Part shown: positions 15,201 to 26,040 of the stretch, one piece after another | Layout: every line of letters starts with the position of its first letter | Numbering within the stretch: position 1 is the first letter of the stretch | NCBI GenBank assembly: GCA_002633005.1 | Contig: NMRA01000429.1 | Coordinates: 124,001-188,000 of the forward strand | DNA from: Phoronis australis | Lineage: Eukaryota; Animalia; Phoronida | DNA length: 64,000 nucleotides | Direction of reading: 5' to 3' | Translations under genes and position numbers: made by a program | The notes under the pieces: model-generated | What the model was told of the DNA's origin: nothing | Seen by the model: the letters and a program-made list of their open reading frames with translations, nothing else | Databases searched by the model: none

Positions 15201-18200
15201 GGAGTTTCATTTTAAATTACTTAAGAATCATAATTCGTTTTCAAACGAAAGCCTAACATGTAGACAATTATTGGCAAATTCTTCACATAATACGTCTCCG
15301 GTTTTCTAAGAAAGGAGGTTGTCACTAGACACATGCTGTCGATTTAGATATAAAAAGTCAATCTTAAAGAATACCAAAGTGTGTCCCTTAGCAGGTTTCT
15401 TTAATTGTACTAATTTACAATAAGCATTTTTATATCAATATCTTACGTCCGCACACTGATGACTCAGGACTGGCAGCTCCAACGTCGTTGTTGGCAAGCT
15501 TTATTTTGACCCGTACATGCATTTGGTACTGGTTTTGGTCGTCCCCAGGTCGAATTGAAAATGAAGAGACGCCACTGTCAACGTCATTGCTTCGTGTCCA
15601 GTCAGAGGCCGTCGTTTGTCGATACTCCACAATGTACTTGTGAACTGGTCCAACACCACTATCAGTTTGAGCTGACCACAGACGCCAAGTCACAGTTATC
15701 ACAGTGCGGCTTCTCGATATACTGGGTGCGTTAACTAGACGAGCTATGTCTAAAACACACAAACGCATTTAAACCAAACAAATATATACTGGAAGGTGAT
15801 GGCGGAAGCAGTTACTGTTGCCTGGCGATTGGTCTGTAACGAAACTTTAATCTTATTTTCTGCGTGTCAGCTTAAATTGCCGACAATCTAGACTCTCAGG
15901 AGTGGACAAGAAAGCTCACTCAATACAGCACATACGCAACAGGACAAAGAAGTATGGAATGTATACCAATTTTACAGTATGGCGTCTTATATCCCTCCTG
16001 GCACGTGCAAATTCCTCTGAACCTGTCACAAGTTCCAGGCAAGCAGCGACCACAGGACTGTAGGCAGTCTGCACCGTAGAAGTTGTCTGGACATTCTGCA
16101 AAACTAAACTAATGTAAATCAATGCTCAACACCTCGCTAACAGAGTGAAACTAAAATTGGAAAGTGATATAAATCACAAATGAGTAGTCAAATGACTTCA
16201 CCAGGAATGTAGTTATTCCATACCGTTTTTATCTTTATTTTTATACCAGCACATGTTCATTTTACAATGCCCTCCGTATACTACATTTGCATTCGTACAC
16301 CTCCTTTCTCGTTATCTCATTGGCCATTTGTTTTTGATTGTTCTAAAACTCCCTCGACCGAAACACATCACGACCCCCTCTAGCCCATCGATCCATCACT
16401 TCTCGACCCACAACCCCCACGACACACAATGCCCTCTACCCATGACCTGTGGCAAGAAGATGTTTTGCTGTTTACACAGTTCATAATCATATTACGTCGA
16501 TGAGTGACTTTTGCATAAGACTTGCCTACACGCTAATCTGCTCTGGCTCAAGACTGGTGGTCAAAAACAGAAATAGCACACTGTGAGCGTGCTATTGTTG
16601 TCACAGAAATAGTTGCACCAGAGGTTACCAATGACCATGTTAAACTTAACTTAGGGAGAGAGTACATGTACCATAACGTGAATGCACTCAAATATACATT
16701 TTTCTATTTACTTTCTGCTGTATATTTTTTCTCAATATACTCCATTTTACGGTGAGATAAAATACCTTTTTAGTTAACAGTTTGTTTTTCAAACTATATT
16801 TTCTGAAGAAACTACGTGTCTCTCGGTTCCATGCACTCTCCAAAAAGTTTGAATCTGCTGTTCACTGAAGATCAGACAATACAGTGGCGGATCTAGGATA
16901 TCACAAGGGGGGGGCCCAACTTTTGTCCGGCTGTAAACATTTGCGCAAACTGAACCACGATTGTAGATGCACATAGCACCGAAGTGGGGGAGGTCGGGAC
17001 AAACCCCCCTCCCGCCCAAGAAATTTTTCTGTTTTTACCTCTAAAAATCAAGCATTTTCCTTGATTCCTGAAGAAAAAAAGAGGCAAAAAAGAAAAAAAA
17101 AAAACGGAAAACGTGTCGAACAGAAAAAAATGCAAGAACCTAAGATTCAAACCCACGACCTGGAGGATTGGCGGATAGAACGCGCGTGCATTACCACTAC
17201 ACCACCACGACTTAACTACTAAACGCTTTCTGAGAGACCTACTTATTTATGGTGTACAGCGTTTGCGCGCGAAATCTACTTCTTTTTGTAATGCTTATTA
17301 CACGTTTTATATTTTGTGCCATCAATTCTTAACAAATTTGTCGTATTTAAAATAGTCTTCAAATGTCCAAAAGACCAAATCCGTTTTTCGTGTTCAACTG
17401 GCAATAATGACGGGATTGCTTTGGAAATCGTCTTAAGATAAGGTTTGACAAAGAGAGTATTGCGAGTTTCCGAGTGATTCACTACGGCTTCGATTAAACA
17501 CATCTTACCAGCAGCTTCTGTTTTTCATCGTCACTCAGATTCCATTTTCTTTAAAAAATGAAGTAAATTTTCTTCATTGCACAGTGGAGCAGACGACGGA
17601 AACGGAGTCGTAGTGCGCAGCGCCACTGCCGGTCGCCTGGGATATCGCNATACGAATACACTCTGCCGGAAACGACATTTGTCAAGTTGGTAGGTATTTA
17701 ATTTGGTTTGATCGCGTTGTTTTTGTCTATTTTTGGCTTTCAAACTTGCCGAATTTTCGTAATTGCAAAAACCGGAAAAGCCAACTGAGCTCACGGCCAG
17801 ACTCGTTTGTCCTGCAAGTCAGCACTTTTTATGTACCGATCGAGGCGAGCTCTCGTAGACTAGGTCAGGGGAGTTGAGGGCCTTCGGTCGAGGGGGGCGT
17901 GGGGTGTGGGGTCTAGGGAATTTTATTACAAACCAGTTATTTCTATTTTTTCAGTATTATGTGACCTAGCTTAATCATTCACCTATCGTATTTCCCACAA
18001 GACTTCCTAAGTGCTTTTTTCGGGTTAAATTCCCCAACATCCTTAGGGGGTTATTGGATTTCCCGTTCTACCCAATTTTCTGAAAGACACTTCAGACTTT
18101 TTTCTAGTCACACATTTGTTAAATCTTCTGCTTACTTTGGGACCTTCTATGTTCCACGGCTTAAACCTTTTTCCTGTCTTCTTTTATTGCTTTTTATACT

Positions 18201-21200
18201 TACGTCGTAATACACGACATTGCTGTAATATCCACATGTTATTTTACTCTGCGACATACCTCATGTCGTACCCCTGGCAAAACAGATTCCGATTAATTAC
18301 CTTAGAGGCGGCGAACACGAACTCTGTTCGATCTATAGTATTATCTTGGGTAAATTATAACTTTTAATCGCCATCTTGATAAGGAAAGCAAAGCGATTTA
18401 CCCCCAGATCATAAAAAGATTGTTCCTAAGCCCCCTCGACCCCCATATCCCACGACCCTTTCGGCCCACAACCTCTACGACCCACGACCAGTGGTAATAG
18501 ATGTATCTTTGCGCTTTTTACATATTTCATAATCACACTACGTCGCTGAATGACTTTCCTAGATGTACATGTGTGAAGACATATCTACATGTACACGTGA
18601 ATCTGCTCTGGTTCAAATCTGATGGTTAAAATCAAGTTGCGTGAGAATCTGATCAGACATAGACGATGGTGAGCGTGCTATCGTCGTCAAAGAAATGATT
18701 TCACGCGCGGTTACCAATGGCTCTGTTCCAGTGAACTTAGGGAGAGAGTACGTTAATGTGGATGTAGATAATTTCACATTTTATTTTCCTTATTTGCTTT
18801 CAGTTGTGTACTTGTTTACAGTATACTCTATATAACACTAAGATATTTTTAGTTAACAGCTTGTTTCTTTCAAAACGTGTAATATTAAATTACATATTCG
18901 TCGGCTGCTTGCACTCTCCCAAAAAGCTTGAATTTGCCTTGCACTAAAGAGCTGACGAAACGATTACCGTCTGCCGGGAACGATAATTGTGTCGTCGGTA
19001 GGACTTTTGATTTGGCCGCGATTTTTTTCCCGTTGCTGGCTTTCAAATTTGCCGATTCGACTCTCTTAATTGCACAAAAGCAGGGAACAGCCAGCAGAGC
19101 TCACGGCCAGACTTGATGGTCCTGCAAGTCAGCGCTTGTTCTGTGCTCAGATCGAGTCGAGCTTGTGTACACTGGTTCGAGAGGGTTATGGGTCGTGGGT
19201 TAAGGGGTTCGTGGATCGTGGATCGAGGGGGTTGTGGGTCGTGGGTCCAGGGGATCGTGGGTAGAGGTGGTCGTGGGGTCTGAGGATCGAGGTGGTTTCA
19301 GAAGAATCCATCATAAACCAAAACAATAGTTTTAAGAGACAGCGATGAATGCGAGTTAAAGCAGCACTCGTCATTTAAACGATCTGAGCCATGTCTCAGA
19401 AACGTTGCAAATCTCCCACAATGGCTTCACTTGTTTTAGCGATGAAACTCTAAGTAAGCCTGCGGGATTAATACTGAAACAATTCGGCAATGAGGTTGAA
19501 AGATGAGACGTCACCTATGGTTCGAATAATGTACTATGGTAAATATTGATAAATGCAAGAGCTTATGATAATATAGTTCCGTGACCAGCAATGAGTGATG
19601 CTATCTTACCTTGATCACATCCAATTCCTTTAAAACCAGTGGCACACGAGCATCCATACGGGTCTATAGTACATACTTGTCGGTATCTACACCCTGTGTC
19701 TACGTCATCAGAACAGTGGAGGGCACAGTCATATCCAAATCTGTTTGGACCACATGCTGAAACATGAGGTGGGGTTGGGCAGCGAAAAAATCCAAACTCG
19801 CACGGGTTTTGCGCGTGATCAATGTAAATTTAGAAAAACAAGGCAACGGATGCAAGGCTGAAGTATTTTTCTTGTGACTATTATGTTTTGTAGTCACGGA
19901 GTTTTATGGGCATGTAAAATATTGGTTTAACAATGTCCTCGCATGCTATGCTTCAGGGATGACGGAAAATGTCCAAACTGTCAGGAGCAGGTGTACTGTC
20001 TACTATACTTAAACAATAAAAGTTTAATTAAGACTTACCTAATACCAAAGAATTGTCGAATAATTACCTTCAGAACAATGCCTCCCCTTAAAACCCGGAG
20101 CACAGATGCATTCACCGGTTATATCATGACATACTCCGCCATTTGAACAGGTAGGACAGTTGTGCTCACATAGTCCGCCATACTTTCCGTCGGGGCAAAC
20201 TGAAACCAAAACAGTACATGCGACTCGACTAGATATTCATCTCTCCAATGCCAATATGGCACAAGAGTCAAACTTTAAAATGTCTATAGTTGCAGGGTTT
20301 TCCAAAATATACAGAGTGAGCCAGTGTCAAACAAAGGTTCTTGAGACACACGCCATTTCCCTTTGTTAAAAGCTCCATTGCACCTGTTTCATGTCAGGAA
20401 GTTTAAAAAGCTAACCAGCCTTCACCATAAAGCAGTTTCGTTCAAACTGGTTGTACTCGTATGTAAAACAAGTAACACAGGTTGTAATGTCTTCGAGAGA
20501 CTGGAACAACCTCTATTGTCTATCAAGAATTATTTTGCTCTCAAGTGTATTAGTAAGAAGAAAAATTGAGATTTGTGGAAAATATCGGTCCTTTTAATCA
20601 ACAACAGTGGTAACAAAGAATATTTTTTTGTTTTATAAGAAAGTTCAACTTTGTGAGACAGGGAATTTTTTCAACAATTTCGTTTCCGTTTTGATAGACA
20701 GGCGAGTGATAAAACGAGCTCAACACATTATTGAAATGTATTCCCTCTTGCGTAGTCCTTACAATTCCATAGAGGCCTAACTACATGAAAAATATACCAC
20801 TAATTGATGAAGTTACAGTACTCCAAAATTATAACAAGATGTCACAGGAACGTATGGAGACTGTAGGATAATGTGCCATATAATTCATCATGAGCTTACT
20901 CAATACTAAAATATTTCACGCATCATATCGTAAATTTTCGTGGCAGTATGTGTGCAGTAGCCTTAAATTTCCTCTTACCTCGCACAATGAGCCTGAACAC
21001 TCCTTTCGCCACTCGACGGTAGCCTTGCTGAGTATACACCATGTATATTCCACTGTGGCCCAACTCAACAGTGTTAATCGAGGGTGTCTGTTGCCCGTTC
21101 CAAATACTTGAATATCTCCAAGTAAAATCCCCACCATCTTTCTTCCAACTTAGTCCGCTCTCTGAACCTTTATACTTAAATTTTACGTTAGCGGCCCCAA

Positions 21201-24200
21201 CACTTGTACGCTGTGTTAAGTGCTCTGCCAGAAGGAACAAAAACATGTGTACTTTAAAAGTCTTTAACATCACTAACAACTGTTCAAAAAATCCCATTCT
21301 ACATTGACCTCTGACAAAACACTCGACCTGGGGTCCGTTTCATGAAAGTGACTTAAGACTTACATGTAAGGCAGAAAGTTGGGTCTGATACCCCCACTTC
21401 ACGATTTATGAATAAATACTTCGCCAAGTAAATGTAAGCGCATCAGAGTGTAACATAACGTATTGAAATGATCTTAGTAACTATCAGTTGTGTTTTATGA
21501 AAAAAAACACCTGAGCTCATGCAGACGCTCAAAGAGTACTCCGATATTCACATCGTTCACTTAAAATTAATTTATGCTAATGGAAATCTCGATTCAAATC
21601 TCAGTGTGCCGTTATTCGAAAAAGACGCTAAATTTCTATTTTGGAACGATGTGTTGATAAACTGGCATTGACCGTATGTACTAAAATGTACACAAAACGT
21701 ACCGACAGAGGAGTACATGAAGTAATATGCCACGAGACATTGTTCCGCTTATCGAAGTAGAATTTCCGTTTTGATCGATAAGCGGGATCATGTCGAGTGG
21801 GATATTACTTCAGCTACGCCAATCGATCTACAGTTTGAATTTATCCCATATCATCGAATTCGTAGGTTTCTAATATTCTCTCGACATATTTTTTAAGTAC
21901 TTCACCGAGACTGTTCACATGACGGATCATATCCTATAAGTTCTATCTAGTATATGAGACACCTATATTACTTGAGACAACAAAGACGAAAACAACGGTA
22001 ACTGTGCATGAACTTGTAATGTCTCCTGAAAATAGTTAAATAACGACGATATTTGATATTGAAGTTACCAAGCTAGGAATCGACGTCTGAGTTGCAGACA
22101 ATATAATATTTAGCAATTGAAAACTGAGACAGAAGTGTGATATATTTAACATTTTTGTTCTAGATCTCACGCTTGGGACCTGATTGCATGATGAGCGTTA
22201 TTCATACTGATGCAATTGGATTACCTTAAACTACAGTGTATTACATAGGTGGGTTTATGGGGGGGGGCAGGGGGCCCTCCCCCCTTGGGTGCCGCAAGCA
22301 AAATGAAACAGCAACAGCGTGAAGCGTGTAGAAATATTGAGTTCAGTAACTAAGACCGGTAGCGGATGACAAGGGGGGCTCAGACCCCAGATCGCGGCGG
22401 TATCGTGTTCCCGTTTTTTCAGTCCAGCGATAGATTTTCCGAAATGGAGATCCACAACCCCAGCCCCCCTCAAATTTCGGGTCGCCTACACACATACAAA
22501 CATACAATCGCACTTTGCCCGATTCGCGAGACAACATATTGGGTCTCCTTTTGGTATCCTAGATCCGCCACTGTATTATGGGACAGTTTGATGATCGTAA
22601 CGGTTAACGAAGTTGAGTCGAACTTTCCATGTCAGAGGTCGCTGCTGAAGTAGTCCGGGAGGGGAATACGGCCGTGTTGCACTCGACAGATTCAATGCAT
22701 ACGGGACAAATAGCTAAATTACTTTGTTCCTTTTTCACATCTGCCTTCATCCCAGTTGTTCTTATTGATGTCTGATTTTGCATTTATGATAGAGATCTTA
22801 TCAATGCCAATGGAATTTTAGTTGCGTAACTATATTTGTTGCGTAACTTTATTTGTATATTTAAATCTAGATTTGTATCGCTACACAAATAAATGACAAC
22901 ATATTAACTATAGTATTTAGCCGAGATAACGAACCGTTATGTCCAGGCTTGTAACTATTAAACAATGACTTACTTAAGCAAAACGCAACATTGACCAAAT
23001 ATACCAAAAGTAAAGGAAACAAAAAAGAAAAACAAAATCACAATTGTAAGAATGTGTGTTCATCTTTATATATTGATGACGTATTTAATATTCTTGATGC
23101 CTACACATAATATCAAATACTTTCTAGGCATAACTCCAAATATACTACATTAAACTTTTTTGTAAAAATATATTAAACAGAAGAACTTTGATAGGTCGAC
23201 ACATTTACAATCACGTGATACCAATGCCACGTTACCATTTTTTCCACGATCAAGGGTGGTGAATGACAAACAGTTATGGGCCACTTACATAAAAAGATTT
23301 CTTGATATGCGCTGGCTGACGTGGTTCTATTTCATGTTCCCTGGTGTATGTTAGTGAGACACAGAGTAAGTATTTCAGGAAAAGTTGTTGAGGTTTCCTC
23401 CTTGGTAAGGAATCGGTAACCTTCCCGGACTAAGGAAGATTACTGTTTTATGCATAGCTGTCCAAGTGACTCATTGATCTAGACATGCTTAATAAAATTT
23501 TTAATAAAAATAGAAAAATTAACCTACCTTTACTCATTTTAAAAAAACTTTACAGAGTTAACATGGAGATTCACCTTGCGTGCAGACTGGTACGCTGCAA
23601 TAGTCCCACCGACGACCAGAGGTAGTGTAACACCAGGGTTGTCGAGTTTCTGGCCATGCTTGTTTATTTCTACAATAGTTTTCCTTAAACCGTTCTCCAG
23701 TGATACCGTGCGTGTGTGGAGTTTGGGAATCCCATCGCTGGCAGATGATGCCACCTAGTGTTGTGTTAATGCGACCTCTGTAATTATCTCCTTTCTCGTC
23801 CTCTTTGCAATCTCCTACAAATGAAGTATACTACTGTGATCGCACTATATAGCGAACAAAAAGTTGATGAAAAATGGAGATTACGTAATGTTTACAAAAT
23901 GAAAGAAACATGTAAGTACAGAAAACGTGGACAATATATTTTCAATAAACTTGCATAGCCTCTAAGAAGTCACAGAGCTAAGGAAGCTCAACACGTAAAA
24001 TTTTCGGCTATGAAAAATTTAAAGCTCCTATTTGAGAAAATGTCTAAATGCTTGACAGATTTTTTCCGAGAGATTATACTAAAAAATTGGCCTTGTCGCG
24101 AGTCAAATCACCATCTTTTTTAAAAATGAATGAAACTATGTAGATCCCACCTTATTTAGATATCAAAAGATGTGTTACACATGTCACAAGGCTGAAAAAA

Positions 24201-25624
24201 GATGTGTGCTGTTACCGACCTTAGTATGCAAAAATAATAAATATAAAAGTGCACTATACAAAGGTTTTATAAAATCCAAACATTCTCTGCGTCCGTTTGC
24301 ATTTTACATCACTGCTGGTGAAAAGAGCATCGATGGAATCTTTGAACTTTTGTAAAAGTGTGAACCTTCTACGTCATGTGTTTTGTTTTTTATTTAAATA
24401 CAAGATACGTGAATTAAGTCTTGCTATTTGCCCTGGTCTACTCAACCGAACGAGAGCCGAAAGCCGGAAACTCCAATGCCGACAGAACAATTGTCTACGC
24501 AGGATATTGAAATTTAGCGCGTCGTGAACTTGTTTCGTTGAGTTCATAGTTACTGGTTAAGTATAAGTAGCCATTCTGTACTTGCATAGAGTTCCTGTGC
24601 ATTCATATTACCGTTTGATCACCGTTGAACAGATTCTCCCTGACTCTGCTATGTTCACTCCAAACGTGTGTGCAACTTTACACGGTGCTTTCCCGAGTGA
24701 ACAATCCAAGATGTTCTCAACAGAGAACAAGAGTCAGTCACTCAACCATGTTTTTGGCCAAACAAATGAAACACAAAACATTATCAACGCCGCCCACATT
24801 TAGCACCTAGCCAGCATAAACATTCAAAGCATGCACGTGGTGTCTACATGTAGTAAATGGTTAAATAACAACTTTCATATTACTATGTACAAGTAGTGCA
24901 ACTCAATAGAAATTGGTGTTAATGTGAAGCTTTAGAAATTCCTCAAAATCTAGTTGAGTAAACGCAATTACTAAGATTTCAGTTTCTTGTGTTTGCCCCA
25001 GTAGCACTTGACTTGCCTTCATTTAACCCATACCCGAGATAAGACGCTACAATTCCACCTTTCTTCGTTGAAATAGTGTTCTTCGCACTATTACTAAATG
25101 TTTGTCCTATTACTCTTTAATGAAATGGAAGTAATTTTCAAAACTTAATGCGGACTACGTTCTTAGTAGTGTGATATATTTACAGAAGCTGCTGTTGATG
25201 TCCAGTAATAGCAGTTATGTGCTGTAAATCTAAGTATATGACCTAGTTCACGACATTTCCATTTTAATTGCAAGGAATTAGGATGGTCAGGTGACAACAG
25301 TTATGATGGATCTTGCATCGTGACTACAGTACAAACCTGTTGAAAATGTAACGCCAGGAACGATCACCCACGAGTAGAGATTTTTCTTGTTGACTGTAAA
25401 GTAGTAAGCGGCGAACTTGTCCTCTAGTGTGAATCGGGAATAAGCATTAGGTCCTGTGCCTACGTTTCCTTTTGATGCAGGCGCCGAAGTAGCACCTCGC
25501 GACCCTATATTCACGTGCACTCCGCTCTCTATGGCGTCTGTGTCGATGTGAACGTTACTTCCACCATACACTCTGACGTCACCATCAGATAAAGACACCA
25601 GCACGCTGATGTTGTATAGCGGTT
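151..25624 (-). CDS. Receptor-type protein tyrosine phosphatase with Tie-like ectodomain (Ig-kringle-Ig-EGFx3-FN3x5-TM-PTP D1-PTP D2 partial); whole-gene span, incomplete at both ends
   Basis: 26 exon pieces with GT-AG boundaries whose phases chain in frame, apart from the interrupted FN3 repeat 4 exon. PTP motifs [51 protein letters not shown] and MVQTLDQY are present. Confidence 0.93.
855..954 (-). CDS. RPTP exon: start of PTP D2
   Basis: Phase 0-1. TLNRLC...[14 protein letters not shown]. Confidence 0.92.
1298..1432 (-). CDS. RPTP exon: D1 end and D1-D2 linker
   Basis: Phase 0-0. [22 protein letters not shown]...LKEELK. Confidence 0.94.
1991..2126 (-). CDS. RPTP exon: PTP D1 P-loop and Q-loop
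   Basis: Phase 2-0. [13 protein letters not shown]...[12 protein letters not shown]. Confidence 0.97.
2787..2950 (-). CDS. RPTP exon: PTP D1 WPD loop and catalytic Cys
   Basis: Phase 0-2. [13 protein letters not shown]...PTVVHCS. Confidence 0.96.
3063..3177. repeat. 24-bp minisatellite, ~5 units with alternating variants
   Basis: attaccatt(c/g)gta(c/a)t...ctg units. Confidence 0.85.
3379..3501 (-). CDS. RPTP exon: PTP D1
   Basis: Phase 0-0. [21 protein letters not shown]...[10 protein letters not shown]. Confidence 0.96.
3731..4067. mobile_element. MITE family A copy (ATGGATTGTT...AACAATCCAT, C-rich and G-rich arms)
   Basis: Terminal inverted repeat; homologous to ~16335-17935 and ~18417-19311. 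Contains an N. Confidence 0.75.
4792..4889 (-). CDS. RPTP exon: PTP D1
   Basis: Phase 1-0. [32 protein letters not shown]. Confidence 0.96.
5579..5692 (-). CDS. RPTP exon: PTP D1
   Basis: Phase 1-1. YDKNRVVL...[22 protein letters not shown]. Confidence 0.95.
6213..6300 (-). CDS. RPTP exon: PTP D1 wedge and pTyr-recognition loop
   Basis: Phase 0-1. [29 protein letters not shown]. Confidence 0.93.
6791..6975 (-). CDS. RPTP exon: juxtamembrane and entry to D1
   Basis: Phase 1-0. [14 protein letters not shown]...[15 protein letters not shown]...VKEYE. Confidence 0.88.
7578..7651 (-). CDS. RPTP exon: juxtamembrane
   Basis: Phase 2-1, strong donor gtaagt. [24 protein letters not shown]. Confidence 0.85.
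8092..8194 (-). CDS. RPTP exon: transmembrane helix
   Basis: Phase 1-2. [22 protein letters not shown] followed by the basic stop-transfer RRRR across the junction. Confidence 0.92.
8518..8600. repeat. Near-perfect AT-rich palindrome
   Basis: cttagaat..aataaatgtcat.atattcccaattttatta|t|taataaaattgggaatat.atgacatttatt..attctaag. Confidence 0.85.
8980..9046 (-). CDS. RPTP exon: FN3 repeat 5, second part
   Basis: Phase 0-1. [22 protein letters not shown]. Confidence 0.88.
9591..9808 (-). CDS. RPTP exon: FN3 repeat 5, first part
   Basis: Phase 1-0. PPSPNNL...[21 protein letters not shown]...NTYEFK. Confidence 0.92.
11827..11894. mobile_element. Mini inverted-repeat element, TSD CACGA
   Basis: CATGGGCGGC...GCCGCTTATG flanked by CACGA on both sides. 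Confidence 0.75.
12131..12176 (-). CDS. RPTP: probable 3' remainder of the FN3 repeat 4 exon
   Basis: [15 protein letters not shown] completes the FN3 AVNxxGxGxxS pattern. It ends in A|gtaagt, phase 1, matching the next exon. Confidence 0.6.
12177..12555. mobile_element. MITE/DNA-transposon fragment inserted at TTAA inside the RPTP FN3 repeat 4 exon
   Basis: Abrupt start ttaa|GAGCAATTCCA followed by AT-rich non-coding sequence. The other end is hidden by the N at 12556. Confidence 0.55.
12557..12802 (-). CDS. RPTP exon: FN3 repeat 4, 5' part (ends at the assembly N and insertion)
   Basis: PSEPPTSV...[11 protein letters not shown]...[14 protein letters not shown]. Confidence 0.9.
13081..13389 (-). 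CDS. RPTP exon: FN3 repeat 3
   Basis: 309 nt, phase 1-1. TISLTWAAP...[16 protein letters not shown]...G. Confidence 0.92.
13539..13852. repeat. Tandem duplication, ~157-bp unit, two copies
   Basis: ttaatcttatattccaattaag...gcgatacaaaatt occurs twice. Confidence 0.9.
13876..14310 (+). repeat. Dispersed repeat, second copy at ~33563-33980
   Basis: Shared blocks aactcttccttga.taaactaaatt, ttgcgtcacctattggc and attttaat.ccagaaaa. Confidence 0.7.
14608..14824 (-). CDS. RPTP exon: FN3 repeat 2, second part
   Basis: Phase 0-1. [17 protein letters not shown]...[10 protein letters not shown]...SLEK. Confidence 0.88.
15087..15148 (-). CDS. RPTP exon: FN3 repeat 2, first part
   Basis: Acceptor aatttcag, donor gtaagt, phase 1-0. 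[20 protein letters not shown]. Confidence 0.85.
15447..15749 (-). CDS. RPTP exon: FN3 repeat 1
   Basis: 303 nt, phase 1-1. ITVTW...[11 protein letters not shown]...YQMHVRV...GAASP. Confidence 0.9.
15967..16095 (-). CDS. RPTP exon: EGF-like repeat 3
   Basis: 129 nt, phase 1-1. [41 protein letters not shown]. Confidence 0.93.
16335..17935. mobile_element. MITE family A copy interrupted by a nested insertion (16882 to ~17649)
   Basis: Colinear with 18417-19311 on both sides of the insertion. Confidence 0.7.
17136..17211 (-). repeat. tRNA-derived (SINE-head-like) degenerate sequence
   Basis: A-box-like TGGTGTAGTGG and B-box-like GGTTTGAATC. No clean anticodon arm. Confidence 0.55.
18417..19311. 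mobile_element. MITE family A, longest uninterrupted copy
   Basis: gattgttcctaagccccctcgac...gaagaatccat. Shares the internal block cagagctcacggccagact...cctgcaagtcagc with the other copies. Confidence 0.75.
19610..19756 (-). CDS. RPTP exon: EGF-like repeat 2 (Tie type)
   Basis: 147 nt, phase 1-1. [48 protein letters not shown]. Confidence 0.95.
20068..20199 (-). CDS. RPTP exon: EGF-like repeat 1 (Tie type)
   Basis: 132 nt, phase 1-1. [43 protein letters not shown]. Confidence 0.95.
20979..21224 (-). CDS. RPTP exon: Ig-like domain (Tie Ig2-like)
   Basis: 246 nt, phase 1-1. HLTQRTSVG...WKKDG...HSGIY...GVFRLIVR resembles Tie2 DAGVY...FTRLIVR. Confidence 0.9.
21720..21811. repeat. Imperfect palindrome
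   Basis: gaagtaatat...ccgcttatcga...tcgataagcgg...atattacttc. Confidence 0.8.
22244..22573. mobile_element. GC-rich MITE, TSD TATTA
   Basis: CATAGGTGGG...AGATCCGCCACTG flanked by TATTA on both sides. Confidence 0.75.
23575..23814 (-). CDS. RPTP exon: kringle domain
   Basis: Acceptor catttgtag, donor G|gtgaat, 240 nt, phase 1-1. [77 protein letters not shown] has all six kringle cysteines. This frame is missing from the ORF track. Confidence 0.93.
24430..24830 (+). mobile_element. Possible decayed LINE (L2/CR1-like) 3' fragment
   Basis: [14 protein letters not shown] and LHRVPV resemble the KLQ..QN..AR.I...LHWLPV tail of L2/CR1 ORF2; heavily frameshifted. Confidence 0.35.
25337..25624 (-). 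CDS. RPTP exon: N-terminal Ig-like domain (Tie Ig1-like)
   Basis: Acceptor tttttacag, donor G|gtttgt, 288 nt, phase 1-1. [12 protein letters not shown]...[10 protein letters not shown]...; assigned mainly by position and phase. Confidence 0.7.
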
Positions 25625-25754
25625 CTGTAAAAACAAACAAATAAATAACACAAGAGCAACACAAAGCGTTTATGTGCGCTTTATTGCACTCAAAAGGAAA
25701 TTATGCTTGTAGGAGTATTTACCAGTTTCATGCATATATATAGGTTATCCCACA

Positions 25755-25795
25755 CATGGGCGGCGCAGCACAGAAAAAACGTTGCGCCGCCCATG
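25755..25795. mobile_element. 41-bp minimal inverted-repeat element, TSD CCACA
   Basis: Perfect 13-bp TIR CATGGGCGGCGCA flanked by CCACA on both sides. Confidence 0.8.
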
Positions 25796-26040
25796 CCACA
25801 TGGATAGGAATACTACCTTTTTCGAATTTATCTGGTAATGTCCCAAGGAGACCAAACTATATATATCCCACATATAAGAACTTATTTGCATCATCGTGGC
25901 AATACCGCCTTGCCGTGTGATCCGGCTTGTTGTTGTATGACATCATAAGTATGCCAAGTGCAGTGTAATAGCCGGTTAAGCGACAACTTAAAGACAATCG
26001 GTGAAAGTGTTGAATAACCCAGTAATGTTTTATGACATAC

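Noticed and set aside
17136-17211. tRNA gene
   Set aside because: A and B boxes are present, but the anticodon arm and acceptor stem do not fold cleanly and it lies inside a nested repeat. Treated as SINE-like.
23539-23758. ORF-track proteins MASSASDG... and MRADWY...
   Set aside because: Wrong frame or strand; the real coding frame is the kringle exon.
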